Shown piece after piece: positions 26,428 through 40,899 of a DNA stretch of 64,000 nucleotides. Both the position numbers and the translations under genes were made by a program. The stretch lies in assembly GCA_030264375.1 (NCBI GenBank), contig JASCQW010000119.1:10523346-10587345 (forward strand). Reading direction: 5' to 3'. This DNA comes from Carcharhinus longimanus. Taxonomy: Eukaryota. Position 1 is the first letter of the stretch. Every line of letters begins with the position of its first letter. A model generated the notes under the pieces. That model was not told where the DNA came from. It saw nothing but the letters and a program-made list of their open reading frames with translations, and made no database searches.

Positions 26428-27619
26428 GTAAGTGAGCGTTATTGTTAAGTTTATTGTGCAACAATTATTGACTGTGTTAATTTAAGCTTATTTTATGAGT
26501 CAATTTCCGTTCCCTTTAAAAGTGAAAATGTGTCGTCTTCTAGTGTGGCTGATGTACAATTATATTTTATCAAAATGCAGGACAAGCAGAATATGACTTT
26601 CTCCTCTGCTGTTTAAAAAATACATGCAATATAACAAAAAAATGGACTACAGTATCAAGCTATCCAATTTTTGATCTATCTTTGCCTGTATCCTCGTCAC
26701 GTGGCAATTTTCACACAAGGCTATATGAAGATCTCAGCCTATGTGCATCAGTTGATCGCCTTTTATTTAGTGAAAATTGACAACGCTATTTAACTGAAAG
26801 AAGACAGTCGAATATGACCTGCTGTACATGTCAATGTAACCGGCATTGCCAAACGCCCAGCATTTTCTGAGTCCTGAATATATAGTCTGTTTCAAATGCT
26901 AAATTGCATTTTGAGATGGAACACAAATGGCCTATCAATTATTCCAATCGGCAAACAGAAGTTGCAGAATAAAATGGATGAGAATTTGAACTTGCTGGAA
27001 TGAACTAGGTGTGGTATGCACATTCGTTCAAAAAATCAATATTCAATTTAACGAGGGCCTTCATGAGTGCATGAATGAGTGAGTGATTAAGTACGTGAGT
27101 GAGTGAATGATTGACAGTGAGCAGTTGACTGTACAACACAGTCCATTAATTAGAAATGTGTGAGAACGTGGGAGTCTGTGCAATTCAAGCCTCAGTTGAC
27201 CGGATGTTTCACAGTGTGCTCAAAGGCTGAGTTGAAGGGTCTGAGGTGCCGATAGGTGTATCTCTCTTCTTTTTCGATTGTGGCATTAATCTGTGGAGTA
27301 TGTGTTTTGCGTCGGTGAGAGTGAGATGTCCTGTTTTGAGGGACAGGTTGTGGTTGCGAGCTCAGATATAGTGACACGTTAACAAACTGCACTAAAGATT
27401 CAGTCGTGCAAAATCCGAAGCGAGACTTATAATTCTTCATATCTTGCTCACGACTCCATCATTAAAATCAATATACGGAACATTCAGACAATACCTTCGG
27501 CAGACAAGTATAGCCTTAGTGAAGTACTAATATCTCTTGAAAAAAGCAAACGTCTGGCAAATGTAAAAGTCCAATGGTTGAATATGTGTTACAGGATGAA
27601 CTAATGATGAAATCTACTG

Positions 27620-28045
27620 ATTTCGAGTTATAATGAGGGGTTGGGTAGACTGCGTTTTTCCCCATGGAGCTTAGAAGGCTTAGGAGTGATTATATAGACG
27701 GCTGTAAAGTAATGAGGAGCTTAGATGAGGTGGATTGTAAACAGTTTTTTCCCCCCCCCCCAAACATGGGGGAAAGTAAAACTAGAAGTGAAAGGGGAAA
27801 GATACAAAAGAGTCCCGAGGGGTGTTTTTCATTTATTTCAGAGCGTGGAGAGTGTCTGGAACGAGATGCTCGAGGCAGTAATAGAGACGGTAAAACATTA
27901 TCTTTAAAAAAAACATGTAGACAATTAAAACGAAAAGGAGGATAGAGAGGAATAGGTGCCAAATGCGGGAAATTGGGACTAGGTGAAAATTGGGCGTTTG
28001 GATAAATTGGGTAGAATTGCTGTGAAATTTTATGACTCTATCTGT
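27620..28045 (+). mobile_element. CR1 LINE 3' fragment
   Basis: Encodes ELRRLRSDYIDGCKVMRSLDEVD (CR1 RRLRGDLIEVYKIMRG-like motif); tail ttttatgactctat. Confidence 0.8.
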
Positions 28046-31000
28046 ATTCGAGAAAAAAATGTGGAAGCATGCGTTGGTGGAACCGCGGGATAATTCACTG
28101 AAATTGTTGGATGAATGAAGTTTATTTTTATACCGATGGAATCCTTCCATGGTATGCCCTTTGAAGGCTATTCCATCCTTTAATGTCTGTTCATAATTCA
28201 CCTTCAAATGGTGATGGTGAGCCACGTCCTTGAACTCTGCAGTACACATCAAGTAGTTCCAGATTGTTTTTTTTTCTCAGCAGCAATGAAATAGCATTAA
28301 TAAAGCTCATGTAAATATGATGCATAGCTTGAATAGGTACTGGAACTGCCAAGAATCTGCCGCAGTTCTGCTTGTGGCGGAGGTCGAGGTTCCTGGAGGC
28401 AAAGTCGAAGGACTGCCGATGAATTGCAATTCAGCACCTTGTATACTGTAATGTTACTGTGATACTAGTATATTTTTTTGTTCAAGGGGAGTGCAAGAAC
28501 ATTCAGTGTTTCGTTACAAACGACAGCTTAGCTGGCTGGAATATAGCAGACACTGGAAATCAGAAAAAAATAACTCATTGCATCTATGCAACTTTCCTTT
28601 TCAGTAGAAGGCTGAATGAATGTTTCATTGTCAAAAAAGTTGCCCACTGGACTGTTTTCTTGTTTAACATAACAGGGACGTGAAAAAAAAGTATTCAATG
28701 TGTTGCAGCTGTGCGGTTTTAGAAGTGGGAGGAACTAAATTTGCAGCTGAGAAATAAAACAGCTTTTGATATTCAGTTGCTGAAAAAAAATGCTGTTTAA
28801 AGATACTAGCCTCCAATCAGCTCTGACAGTACCCCCCCCCCCCCGGCACAAACACATACACCCTCCCTGCCCCGCTCTTCATCTTTCTCTCTCTCTCTCC
28901 CCCTAACATTCCCTGGTCCTCCAAAAAAATTCTCTGGAACCTACAAAGCATTTAACAAATGTTCAAGCAAATATGCCGGAAGTTGTAAAGTATCTTTAAA
29001 GTGTCGCATAGTTTTATATGATCAATATTTCTAAATTGCAATTGAATTGCAATACGTTGGAATTTAAAAGGTGCTTCTTCCAAAATTAACATTGTTCAGT
29101 GATGAAGATTTAAGTTGTTTCCATAGTTAGATTTAGAACAACACAGTGCTTGGCTAAAGCTTGTGTTGTTAATGTAATTTTTTTTTTCCCGTTAAATTGC
29201 TCCTGAAGAGAAATCACCCTTGGCTGGCTGAAACAGCTGGCCTCAAAACATATCTTGTGTTATGCTCCAACATAGTAACAGTGGTCCGGGAATAAAATAT
29301 ATTATTTCTTGTTTGTTTTAGGATGACTGAGCACAAAGACTGTGGGTGTTGAAGAATTAATGTCTTATTTCAAGTGGTGCATTCAGTTAGTTTAGTTTAA
29401 ATAGGGTGTGTCGTTAGGCAATCAATAGTTTTTCATTAGTTAATCATTTCCTGTTTGTCGAATCGGCTACAGCTTGTGAGCCTCAACGTGATGTGAGTGG
29501 ATAGCTTGATTAAGTTGATAGTGAGGCAGTAGGTGAGTTGCGAAGTTAAAACCAACAGAGGTAACTATGTAAAGAGGTGAAAGTTTCCTGGGTAAACCAC
29601 GAAGTGGGCTGTCACCTAAGAATATACGAGTGTGCATGATTGCTAATGAGGAAGCAGTTGAATGATATGAGTAAATTGATACGGAAAAATTGAGTTTTTT
29701 TTTGAGGGAATGATTTGATTGACTTGAATTAGTGGGATAGCTGGGGAGTTTCTGAAGCTGCTGAATGTGCTAGATGGTCCCCTGTGTGTTTTGGAATAAT
29801 TTTACGTAGGACAGCGCATGAGTGTGGTTGGTTTGGTTGTGAAGTGCATATGTAGATGTGGTTGTGAGTTGCCGGGAGGAAGTGAGTAAATACATGATGT
29901 GTTCGTTTGTTTTGCACACAGTTGCGTGGGTGTTTGTTCGGATGAACAATTATTGATTTGGCGAGGTGAAGTGCATGGGACATTGAATGATATATTAATT
30001 AAGTAGCTGTAGATGGATGTGGTGAGAACAAGAGTGAGATGGTATTTCTATAAATAGCTGATTACTTTCGATTTCTTTAATATGGATACAATTTTGACAT
30101 GTGCCAATGAACATTTGGGATGGTGGCTATGTGACTGCAAGGATGGTACTTGCATCTTTGCATACTTCACATGTGGGCAGTTTGCTAGGGGTAGGTATAA
30201 CATTATATGTGAGTTGCTGCGTGGGTGTCCTATCTATATGCATGCAACGGGAATGTGTAGCTTTGCGGAAATGAACATGCGGCCGAATGATTAGTTTGGT
30301 AACAATACAGTTACGCATATTGTACGTTGTTGGCACCTACCTGCATGAGATGTAATTGTTAGTGAAGTACCGTTAAGCTGGCCGACATATGTGTGAATTT
30401 GCTAAGCTGATCATCAGATTGTGTATGTACGATACCAGATTGCAAAATGTGCATGTGGGTGATTCAATGAGTGGCCACGAGAAATGAGCGGAAGGCATGC
30501 TTAAGTATGCGACTTTGGTTAGTGCGTGCCTGATCAAGTAAGAAGGTATTGCATTATCGAGTAAATTTGTGAGGTGGTTGGAAATGTGATCTCATGCTCA
30601 GCACCCTGATCATGTGTGCGATGTCGCATCTGTGGGCTAAAAGGGTTCTCGGGTGTGTAAAGATAATCAGATGTAATGCATGTTTGCATATCGTGAATTA
30701 CATTAAGTGAAATTATTTATTAGTCAGCAATAGACGCCAGTAGTGTCCATATACAAATCTCGACGAAAATGCCTGTTTTATGTGGGTTGCAGCGGGGTCA
30801 GAGTAGTCTTTGGTTCTCATGTAGTTGTGATGAATTGGAAATATTCAATCTTTCAAGTAATAATTTTCGTCTGGCTGTGTATTAGTTAGCTGGTCAGGTG
30901 TGTCATTTACGGGAAAGGGAAAGAAAGGCTGTGTTACCAGGTGGCTGGTTTATGCAGGTAGATGTTAAGATTTTGAGCAATTCGTTTAAAGTTTATTATG

Positions 31001-33545
31001 TATATGCTAGTGCTACAGGTCGGGCCATGCTAATACTGTAATTAATTCATTGTGGATATTCCCCAGTAGCCACATTCTGGCACCTTATCGGGAAGGCTTG
31101 GGATGCAGATACGATCCAGGCGGTGAGGTGTCCAGGTCAAATTGAAGGTGATCCTGTTTTTTAAGAGGCGCTCGGATAATTATTGGTGTCTGGACAATCA
31201 ATCAGGATTGAGTTGGTCGTATCAAGGAATAGTCATGTAGTCGAGACACAGGCAATTGTCGAATCAATGAATAAAATGAATAAGCTCCTGCAGTTGTCAG
31301 AATGCAGAGGTGTAATCAAAGTGTTGCCTGCTATTCTTTTGCTCGGCCTGTGTTTGCCTCAGACAATGTGGTTTCGAGCCGCCAGAACATCGTTTCTGTA
31401 CCGGTAGGTCCTGAAATAGAGCACTCAAACTCATGTGGGCTTTTGTTATATGGAAATAAGTATGATTCAGATGGGTTACCACAGATCAGTTAAGCATTTC
31501 GTCCTTTTAGCTTTTGGCTATTCAATTTCAGGCATGTGCAATTTCACACTGACCAGAACACATGTCGTTCTGTTTAAATTTTCCTGCCTAAGCGCCTGAT
31601 TATTTTTTTCTCTCCGTTATATGCCAATGCATAAGCCGTTGAAGTATACGACGAAATATCAGGTCCGAATAACATTCTCATAATGGGCAGGCATAGGTTT
31701 TCTTAAAACAATATATCAATCAAGCACTGTTCTCTGTTGGCTAGCAAAAATCAAAAATGGATCAAAATTGCGACTGCCTTTTTTATTTCATATTCTCCGT
31801 ATTATTGCGTTATTGTTTGTCACTTTTTCGAAGATATTTTGAATGTGAGTGTATCTCCAAATTTAACTCTGTGTAGAACAGAGAAAACATGAAGTGTCAA
31901 GGCATGCGAAAAAAAATGTGGCCTGCACAACAAAACTGGCAAAAGCAAAGGCATAGATCAGACAATTGAAAATGCTAAACTGTATAGAATACTTGTCCGT
32001 TCTCAACTGAAGGATTTTCGCCAGCTCAGGGCACAACTCCTTGAAAGGATCGGGATACGTTAGAGGGTCATTCAGACACCAATTTTGAAGAATGATTCCA
32101 TTTGATACAAACGTTAATTATTTGGATAAACTGAATAATGTGTGACAGCTTTCCTTAAGAAAAAGTGAAATTTGAGAGATAAATCAATGCAGCCATTTAA
32201 AGTCATCAGTTACACAGAAAGCCTGTTGGGAAAGGTTAGTCAAATTTGTAGTTATCACGTACAGGAAACATTGATAGTAGTCAATTGGCAATCGAACGAA
32301 CGACAAGCTGAAGGACATTTTTGTGTCTGACTCTGAATGTACTGTCACAGAGTGTCATTGAAGAGTGGCCTATTGAGCTAATTAAGACGAATTGGATTCG
32401 GAACTGAAAAGGTGGATTGCGAACCATATGATGTGAAGACGCTTGTGAAGCAATTGTAGATTAATCCATTGGTCGGTCAACACCGAGGCAATGGAACGAT
32501 TGGCTACTTTCTCTGACACCACCAATCTTTAATCCAATGTGTCTGCGTCAAAAGCAATGAATTTAGTAGTTGAAAATTCCATCTGTTGGGCGAAATGGTC
32601 TGAGCTAAAGTGCATGGACTGGACCAGCGGAGGGAAAGTTGAGGACGTCTGTTTCTGTGCAAGATAAGTCGTGACAGGCAAAGGCGGGACATGCTACAGA
32701 TATGGATCTAATCCAACGAATAATGATTTCGATATGGACCCATCTTCTGCAAGCAGCTGTAATTAAGATTCAATATGGCAATTTTATCTTAGCAATGCAG
32801 TTGACGTCTTCGTTTCTGTTGGTTAGCCAGGTCTACTTTCAAGTACTAAGTACACTGATCTAGCCACTTTAACTTTATAACCCGTTCCTTGGCACATCCT
32901 AGAATTGTTATCAGCGCATTAAAAACATTACGTGCCGAGAGAAACTTGGGGGAGTGTTATGTGGGGTTTGGGGTATGGGCAGGGTGGGGGTGGTTTCACA
33001 GGACTATGACGACATTATGCATGCGTCAACATTTAGGGTCCTGTTATTCCCAGAAGTTGTTTTTGTAAAATAAAATACAGAACAACTCTCTAGTCTTATG
33101 AAAACACCCCGAAGCATCTATGCAAAGAATGATCGTTGCGTTGTATCGCAAAATACGGATTTGATAGTGAAACCGATGTATAAACCCAGTAAATTTCAGA
33201 AGTGTTATTTTATTTCAGGGACCACTTTGTTATCATTGGTCTTCCAATGCAGGCAAAACTGTATTCTGCGACGTGTACCATGGAGATGGAATGCATTTCA
33301 TTGGCATCCCCGCAATCAATTACGAACGTAGCATGATCTAGACAATGCAGCACATTTCAATTACCAATGTGGGGCCATTATTGATGCCTCTCATGTAACA
33401 TGTTTCTGATGCCAGTGATTTGCCAGACTGTGGGGATTAACTGTTTCAGATGAACTATTGTTGTATTAGTATTAAATTTTCAACTGTTATTGTCCACATA
33501 CCAATTTAGGTCGTATTTCAAGTAATCTGTCGTTTGCATTCACAG

Positions 33546-33581
33546 CTGTTGAGAAACTGAAAAGAAAAGTCAAAGATCTCG
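33546..33581 (+). CDS. Microexon 12 (36 nt), AVEKLKRKVKDL
   Basis: cgtttgcattcacag|CTGTTGAGAAACTGAAAAGAAAAGTCAAAGATCTCG|gtaggt. Confidence 0.9.
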
Positions 33582-33814
33582 GTAGGTGAAGAATACAAAA
33601 CACACAGTGACTTCAAGAGGAAGTGTTATTCTCTGATTTTTTTATGTTCACGAGCAATCAATTGACTAGAGTTTGAGGCGCAGTACCTGCATTAAAAAAA
33701 TGCCGTTTTGTCTAATGTTTGGTAAATGCAATTTCAATATTTTATTTTGCAGTTCAGACATGTCAGACGTGTGTATGAACATCGTCATTTTAGCATGATG
33801 TATTGCAACCGGTT

Positions 33815-34085
33815 GCACGGTGACACAGTGGTTAGCACTGCTCCCTCACAAGTCGGTAACTTGGGTTCGATTCCCGGCTTGGACCACTGTCTGTGTGGAT
33901 TTTGCATGTTGTTCCCGTTTTCCTACCAAAGTCCAAAGATGTCAGGGTTAGGTGGATTGTCCATGCTGAATTGCTGCGCGCTGTCAGTGGGACTAGCTAG
34001 GGTTAATGCATGGGTCTGTACGATTGTGGTCAGTGCAGACTCAACGGGCCGAATGTCCTCGTTCTGCGCTGTACATCTCATTCAG
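33815..34085 (+). mobile_element. HE1-like SINE with internal deletion
   Basis: gcacggtgacacagtggttagcactgctccctcac...gggttcgattcccggcttgg. Confidence 0.85.
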
Positions 34086-34923
34086 TGAGCAAAAACATTC
34101 TTTTAACACGCATTGTCTCTTGCGCCGAACAGGAGGATTTAGTTGGTTTAGAGACGGTTGAGCCTCTTGGAACTGACCCTAATGTGGTCTTGTGCAGAAG
34201 TATTTTGCATGAATGAAGACTGAAATAAAGCATGGAATCTAAACTAAACGTCATTTGCACATGTAATTTTTCAGCAGAGAAATTAAGCTAACCGTCAGTG
34301 TGAAAGGATTCTATCAGCTTTAGATGCAGTTGGATGGTTAACAACTGACTCGTACCGTTCTTGTGGACATGTGTTTTCTAGGCATAGACTGCTCTGTGAA
34401 TTGCACAGTTCAACGTGTGTTACGTCTATTAAGAGCATTCACGTAGTTTTGGAACGTTTGGAATGAGTTGAGACATTGAAGATATGGTGGATCTGATGTC
34501 ATTTTATTTTCCGGGCTTCATTTGCTTTGCAATTCCATAGAAGACCCGGAACATGTTAACCTGCTCAATTTAGACAACAATGTATCAATATAAAGCTTAT
34601 ATAGACAAGGGTGAGTTACGTTATTAACCATCTCACTAAACCTGATGCTATGCTTCCACATTGACGGTTAACGTAATTTCATTTGAAAAAAAGAGAAAAT
34701 CACTTATCCACGTTCCTCCTTTATTACTTCACTTGTTTTGTTCTTACCTGCATTTTCTTTACTTTCCATTACACATTTCTATTTTGACTTAATATCGATC
34801 TGCTAGCTACCCTTCAAGCACCAAGTTATATGTCAACTATATGTCCTGCATTTTTTTTCTGGGATGTTTTAAGTTAAGCTTAATTCTCTTATAATCATTA
34901 TCTTTATGTCTTGTTTGCAATAG

Positions 34924-34950
34924 ATAATCAACTGTATCAGACGGACAGTG
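34924..34950 (+). CDS. Microexon 13 (27 nt), DNQLYQTDS
   Basis: tcttgtttgcaatag|ATAATCAACTGTATCAGACGGACAGTG|gtaaga. Confidence 0.88.
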
Positions 34951-34979
34951 GTAAGAAGGGAGATCTTTATATAATTTGA

Positions 34980-35790
34980 ACGTAGAAACATGGAATTAGG
35001 AACAGAAGTATGCAAATTCAGCCATTCAAGTCTGCTCCACCATTAAATCAGATTACCGTTCATCATTCTCTGGTCTCAAGTCAACCTACGCACATGATCC
35101 CATTTGCTATTGTCCTTTCTAATCAGAAATATGTGTATCCCCTTCTTGAAGTGATTGAACAATTCAGACTCCCATACGCAATGGGGCGGCGAGATCATCA
35201 AATTCACCACCTACAGGCCGAAGGGCCTGTTTCCCGTGCTGTGTTGTTCTTTGTACTTTGTGTTAAAGCTACCGCCCCTCAAACTGTACCTGTCATCTCG
35301 TGTACCCAATGAGTCAAAGAATTTGATCTACATTTACTTTCCCAATCCCTTTTAACATGTCATGCACCTGCATCAGAACTTCTCTCAATCTTCAAAAATG
35401 TGTTGCGCATGAGCGCAAAATGTTTAATCCCCCTCATGCGTCATCCTCGGAATCAATCTAGTGAACCGCGTCTGAAAGCCCCCCAAAGCCAAAACATTCT
35501 TCCTCAAATAAAGTGACAACAACTGGACATGCATTCCAGATGTGGTCGCAATAACATCCTATACCATTGCAATACGTTTCTACACTTTTAATCTAATCCC
35601 TTCGCAATAAATGACAAAATCCTATTTGTCTTTGTCATTGCGCGCTCCACTTGTGTATTGACTTTCTGCGATTCATGAACGTGAACAACGAGATCTTTCT
35701 GCCTGGATACATTTTGAATCTGTTTTCCATTCGTGTAATAAATTTCATTTATCTTTTTCCTGCCGACATGAATAACCTCACAATTATTTC
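34980..35790 (-). mobile_element. Degraded CR1 LINE 3' fragment(s)
   Basis: Minus ORF CEVIHVGRKK...QKDLVVHVHESQKVNTQVERAMTKTNRILSFIAKG; reverse tail agaaacatggaattaggaacagaagta. Confidence 0.82.
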
Positions 35791-37315
35791 CAAAATCCTG
35801 AAGATAAATCACTGTATAATAAGCAAATATATGATCTCCAAGCTATTGGAATCATAGAGCAACGAGAGACATATGTTGCATGTTGACGTAAGGGCATTTT
35901 ATCTCGAAAGGAATTACATTTACTCATTTTGGCGACCAACATAAAATTATGCTCCACAGGGATCAGTCAAAATTCCACATGCAATATTTGGGATTTTTTT
36001 TTAGACTATTGTGAATGTAATCGTCAGAACTGAAAAGTCCCTCAGAAAGTTACTGAATGGCACGAATATGCCTGCAGGGCATTTAAGTAACTGTCACATA
36101 ATGCTCATAGTTACCTTCCTTGCAATACACAGCGCGATGGATGACCTATTATGTCTATTGGGACTCTTCGAGGACCAGCCACAATGATCAAACGGACTTG
36201 ATCTTTTAATGTTGAATAGAAGGCGTGGTGCAATCAAGGCTAGCTTGGAAATATTTGATCATTTCCACCATGTTTCTGAAAGACAGCTTGCTTTCAATGT
36301 CCTTCGTTCGTTCTGTAAAACTAGAATTGTGAAGATCCGAATTGGGTCGTGCGTGTCAGTTTCCATACGTATTCTGCAAATCATAACACACTTTTTTTTC
36401 AATTTAGCTTTTTCAAACATTCCGGATATCGAATGTTTATCCAAACGCTTTTATTGCACAATGAGCGCAGACAATATTGCCAACACTCCATTGTTGGTAA
36501 AATCGCTTATTATTGGAAATATTATGTTAATGAGCAGCGACTCACAAGCCACGCATCCTCTTCAACATTTAGTTCTTTGAAATAGCCAGCAAATAAACAC
36601 TGAATTTTAAAGCAAGCTTCAGCATATGACAGTATAACATCACTGTTCTGTACGCTACAATATGTATTTGGCGAATAAACGTGTCAATTTGACTATATAT
36701 ATTTTAAGCACATATTCGTTCGAATCTTTCTCCCTCACTTTGACTGGAAAAGTACTATTAAGTATGTATTATCATCCAACTTTATTTCTCTGCTGTATAT
36801 TACTTCATTTAATTTGGAGTGAGCTAAAACTTAGAAGGTCTGGTCACGTAGCGTTTAGAAGTGTGCAGAGTGTTACCGTGTCAAATTTAGATGAACACAG
36901 ATGACAGAAGGATAAACATATACTGGATGCGTTAGAAGGCTTGTATAAGCATTACTGCAAGGGTAGAATATGTTGCCGATCCCTAATTGCTTGTGAGCTT
37001 AATGGTCGTACAGCAACTTTAGAGGGTCTGTTGGCCTTCAACCGAACTCATAACCAGGTAGCAACATCAACTCCCAAACGTTCATAATTATTTCAAACAG
37101 GCAGGATTATACGTTCACCATTAAATATCTTGTCACAGCGGGGGAGAAGTCATTATCAGCATTTAAATTTATCTGCTTCTCAACTTAAGCACTCAAATAT
37201 CGGGCGCCATACTTTCATCATTTCAACATGCATTAGGCAGAATTTCGCAATTTCCATCCAACAATGGCATTCGTTATGATATAATGAACTGCATAATTAC
37301 GATATTGATCCCTAG

Positions 37316-37351
37316 AATGCCAGCAATTGAAGAAAAATCTTGAAGAAAAAG
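37316..37351 (+). CDS. Microexon 14 (36 nt), ECQQLKKNLEEK
   Basis: attgatccctag|AATGCCAGCAATTGAAGAAAAATCTTGAAGAAAAAG|gtacat. Confidence 0.85.
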
Positions 37352-39640
37352 GTACATGAATGAATCATTTGTATTTCATTGTCCTCCTGGGAAAAGTCAA
37401 GTTCTTTAGTTTGTAAAAGTAGCAGGTTGTGTTCAGATGCAAACAATGAATGATGCTGCATATATAAATAGCATTTCAGCAAAACTGAAGTGTATAGGAT
37501 TTGGACAGACAAACTCTCCACTGTAACCAATTTTGTGGGGGATTATGTGAATCAATCTTAAATATTGACATGCCATATGTGCAAAAACAGCTAAGTGTTG
37601 TGCTTTAGGCCATTGCATATTCAGAGGATGCAATGTTGCCACCGTCAGCACTCACTTAGTGGCGGTCTTCACTTCTATTGCAAAATGTACAGGAACTCTC
37701 AGATACTGAAACACACATTCCTAGCATGTAATCCATCACGAACAAAATTCAATATTGTACCGGCAGGTATCAAGTAAAATTCGCATGAACTAAGTGGCAA
37801 GCTGCAATTATCGCCGATAATATAGAACACCAAAAACTCCCTATTCTTTCAGCTGCGGTTCTTTCGGTGAATACATTAGCGTCAATATGCGCAGATCTAA
37901 TAATGACCAAACAAAAAATACATGAAAAACGTGTATAATTGAGCCATATGAAGGCTGGTATTTCGGGGTTAGGAGATCATCTATTGATTTGTCAAAACGT
38001 GTTCATAATCAGCAAGGCAGATTTCAAGGGTATTGCGAATTGTACAACGCTGTAAATTTTCTGAATCATTGCATTTCCTACAGCACGCAATAAAGCTTGA
38101 TACCATGCAGGATAATGGAATGAATTCGGTCTGTATCCCACTCGATCATTTCTGAATTCACTACTGCCCGCATTAAGGTACAGTGCAGCTTCCATCCGAA
38201 TTACGACCACAAATCAAAAGCCTGCCACATAGCTTTCCGAACATGCTGGACATAATATCTGGACGAAATCAATGGGAAATCGTTATGGCGGTAGCCTACT
38301 CACAAATTATCATCTCAGCCACACAAGTTGCTGACTTTGAAATATTTCAGAGTTATTTGGCTCATTTTGAGGCAACATCCAGGAAGTACTTCGGGAAGAG
38401 GATGGCAAGGGCGAATCTACAATGTTGGCTGCAGGCACTTCGAGAATTGTGTGACGTCCATGATTTATTGCATTGAGGTNNNNNNNNNAATAATAAACTT
38501 GCAAATCATTTCTACATCCATTTAACGAAAAGACGATAATAGAAAAAAAAAGTGAAGCATTGAACATGTTTAGCTTCTCCATGCCATAAATAATTGTGCG
38601 TTATATGAAAAACACAGCACTGTTTTTGAGGCTACACAATGTGTTAGTGATGATGAAGCAGCTTGACATAACACTTGTGGAGAAGATTTTTTATGTGTTT
38701 TTCGTGTGCACTAAACAGATCAAACATATTTATTAAGCAGTTATGAAATGAAATCAAAAAATAATTCAGAGTCACTCTAGGAGTGAACACTGTTTTTGAA
38801 ATTATCTCAAAGTGTCGTGGGATTTTGAAATTTCGATTGAAATTGTTCGTGTGGGAAGAAGTTTGAGCAATCCGTAACGGCAAACATAGCAATTTTCTTC
38901 AGAAGCCTAAGCGCAATTAATATATGCACGAATACATTCTCTCAGAGATCAAAGATGGATTAGTACGATTGTCATTGTACTATAAAACATGCAACATCGA
39001 ATCATCCCATGGATAGGATAGCAATTTGAACATCGTGTGGTCACTTTAATTTATACTTATTTTATGAAACATTTTTCAGATACTTACCTAGCTCTTCATT
39101 ATTGTGGTTGCATTTTAATCGTTGGAATGCAAAACAGAATATTCCAAATCATTTTTTAATTATTATTATTGGACTTGTGAAATCTCCCTTCCGCATCCTC
39201 TTTTTTTTTATCCAGTTGCTTTAATCTGTACTAATTCATTACAGGGGCTTCTGTCAACAGAACGAATGTCTTAATGATTAACTGATCGATGAAACATCGA
39301 CAGCAAGGACACTATTAACCGTCCTTTAATCCGACAGCTATGGAAAAGCATGTTCAGTTTGCTGCACGTCTAAAAATAAATCCCCAGCTTTGACTCCATG
39401 GTCATCCAGATGATCCGCTTTAATTTTATTTTTGTTTTACTTAATGATGATATATTCGGGTGAAGTAAACCTGCTGACGCTGGACGATAGATTGATTAAT
39501 GTACAGACAGTGTCATTACATTCTGAAGTTTCTCAATTAAATGATGATGATGGAAAAAAAGAGCGAGAATCCCAAATACAAAAATCAGACCATTTGTGCT
39601 GTACATTGTTGATAATATATGCGTATTTTAATTATTTTAG

Positions 39641-39667
39641 AGAGCACATTCACAATGAAAGATAAAG
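39641..39667 (+). CDS. Microexon 15 (27 nt), ESTFTMKDK; GC donor
   Basis: ttttaattattttag|AGAGCACATTCACAATGAAAGATAAAG|gcaaga; the only fitting 27-nt candidate I found between exons 14 and 16. Confidence 0.72.
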
Positions 39668-40863
39668 GCAAGAGAAGGAACCGACGTCTGTTTATCACAT
39701 ACTTGCAAAGACTGTGGTTTTTGAAACGCATGCTCAATTTTCACGCAATATGCAACAATATTATTTCAGCTCATTTTGGCTGTGCAGAATGAAATGTATC
39801 TTTATGTACATAAAATTCCAAAGCTGCTAATTTCTGTAAGTGCTTATTATCCACTAAAATCATTCACAAGAAATATGATTCTGTTGTGGCAATCTTATTT
39901 TGGTAGTCTCGATGGAAAGAAGCATAATGATGAAAAAATGATCTTTTAACTCGAGTGTATATTAAAAAGGGAGTTGTGTATTCTGTCGCGGGGTTCTTAG
40001 TGAAACAATGGGACTGTTTGTCCATTTCAAAATAAGATACATTCTCCCTACGCACGTGTTATGGCTATGGGAAATTGAGCAGTGGGCTTGACACGAGTGC
40101 AGCGCAAATCACTCAGATCAAACCAGAAACGCGGCTGAACAAACCATATGGTTTAACTGACCATTATGTGGTTGTCCAGGGAATTACCAATTTTCATCGT
40201 GAAAAAATGACCTCCCATATGACATTTTTTTTTCTGATGTGACGCTCATATAATGTGTTTTACCTGTTTAACATGTGCCACGCATTCGCAAAACACACAA
40301 TCCCCTACTTCATGGACGCCGAAATTATACCGCCTCTCCCGCGATGGAATCAGAGCTTGCGAGTGATAGACAATTGAAATCCGACAGGGATTTCTGATTT
40401 CGCTCAAGCGAGGTCAGATAATCACTTAATTGCATTTCACTCTTTCGCCTAATCATCATTTAATTTTCGGCACATCGGTTATCAGGGTTGTCCCGTCTGG
40501 AAATGCAGTAAGATTGAGCTGATCTTAATTTGATATTTTGCGTTACGAAATAATACATTCAACTTTTTTTTTGTTAACTGATATCACAACAAAATGTTCG
40601 CTGAATTGCTCAGCTTTTCACACATGGCTGATGAAATTGTAAACGAACCAGCTATGCCAATATTAGTTGTCTGAATAGCTTTCAGCATTTGGCATTTTCT
40701 TTTTTGTCATAAGGAAAATTGAATTTCGGAAGATGCTCCACTGTCCAAAACCGAATTGCTTGTCTTACACATAATAATTTAAAAAAAGCTGATCTTCAGG
40801 GGGGCAGTCAAATCTGCCAACATAATTCCAGAATGACATTTTCTTTGTGTGTTTCCCCATCAG

Positions 40864-40899
40864 AATTGGAGGAAATGAAAATGAATCACATTGATTGTG
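40864..40899 (+). CDS. Microexon 16 (36 nt), ELEEMKMNHIDC
   Basis: tgtgtttccccatcag|AATTGGAGGAAATGAAAATGAATCACATTGATTGTG|gtgagt. Confidence 0.9.

Noticed and set aside
29400-31000. Long G/T-skewed region with short ORFs
   Set aside because: It looks like decayed low-complexity sequence; no coding or repeat-family signature could be supported.
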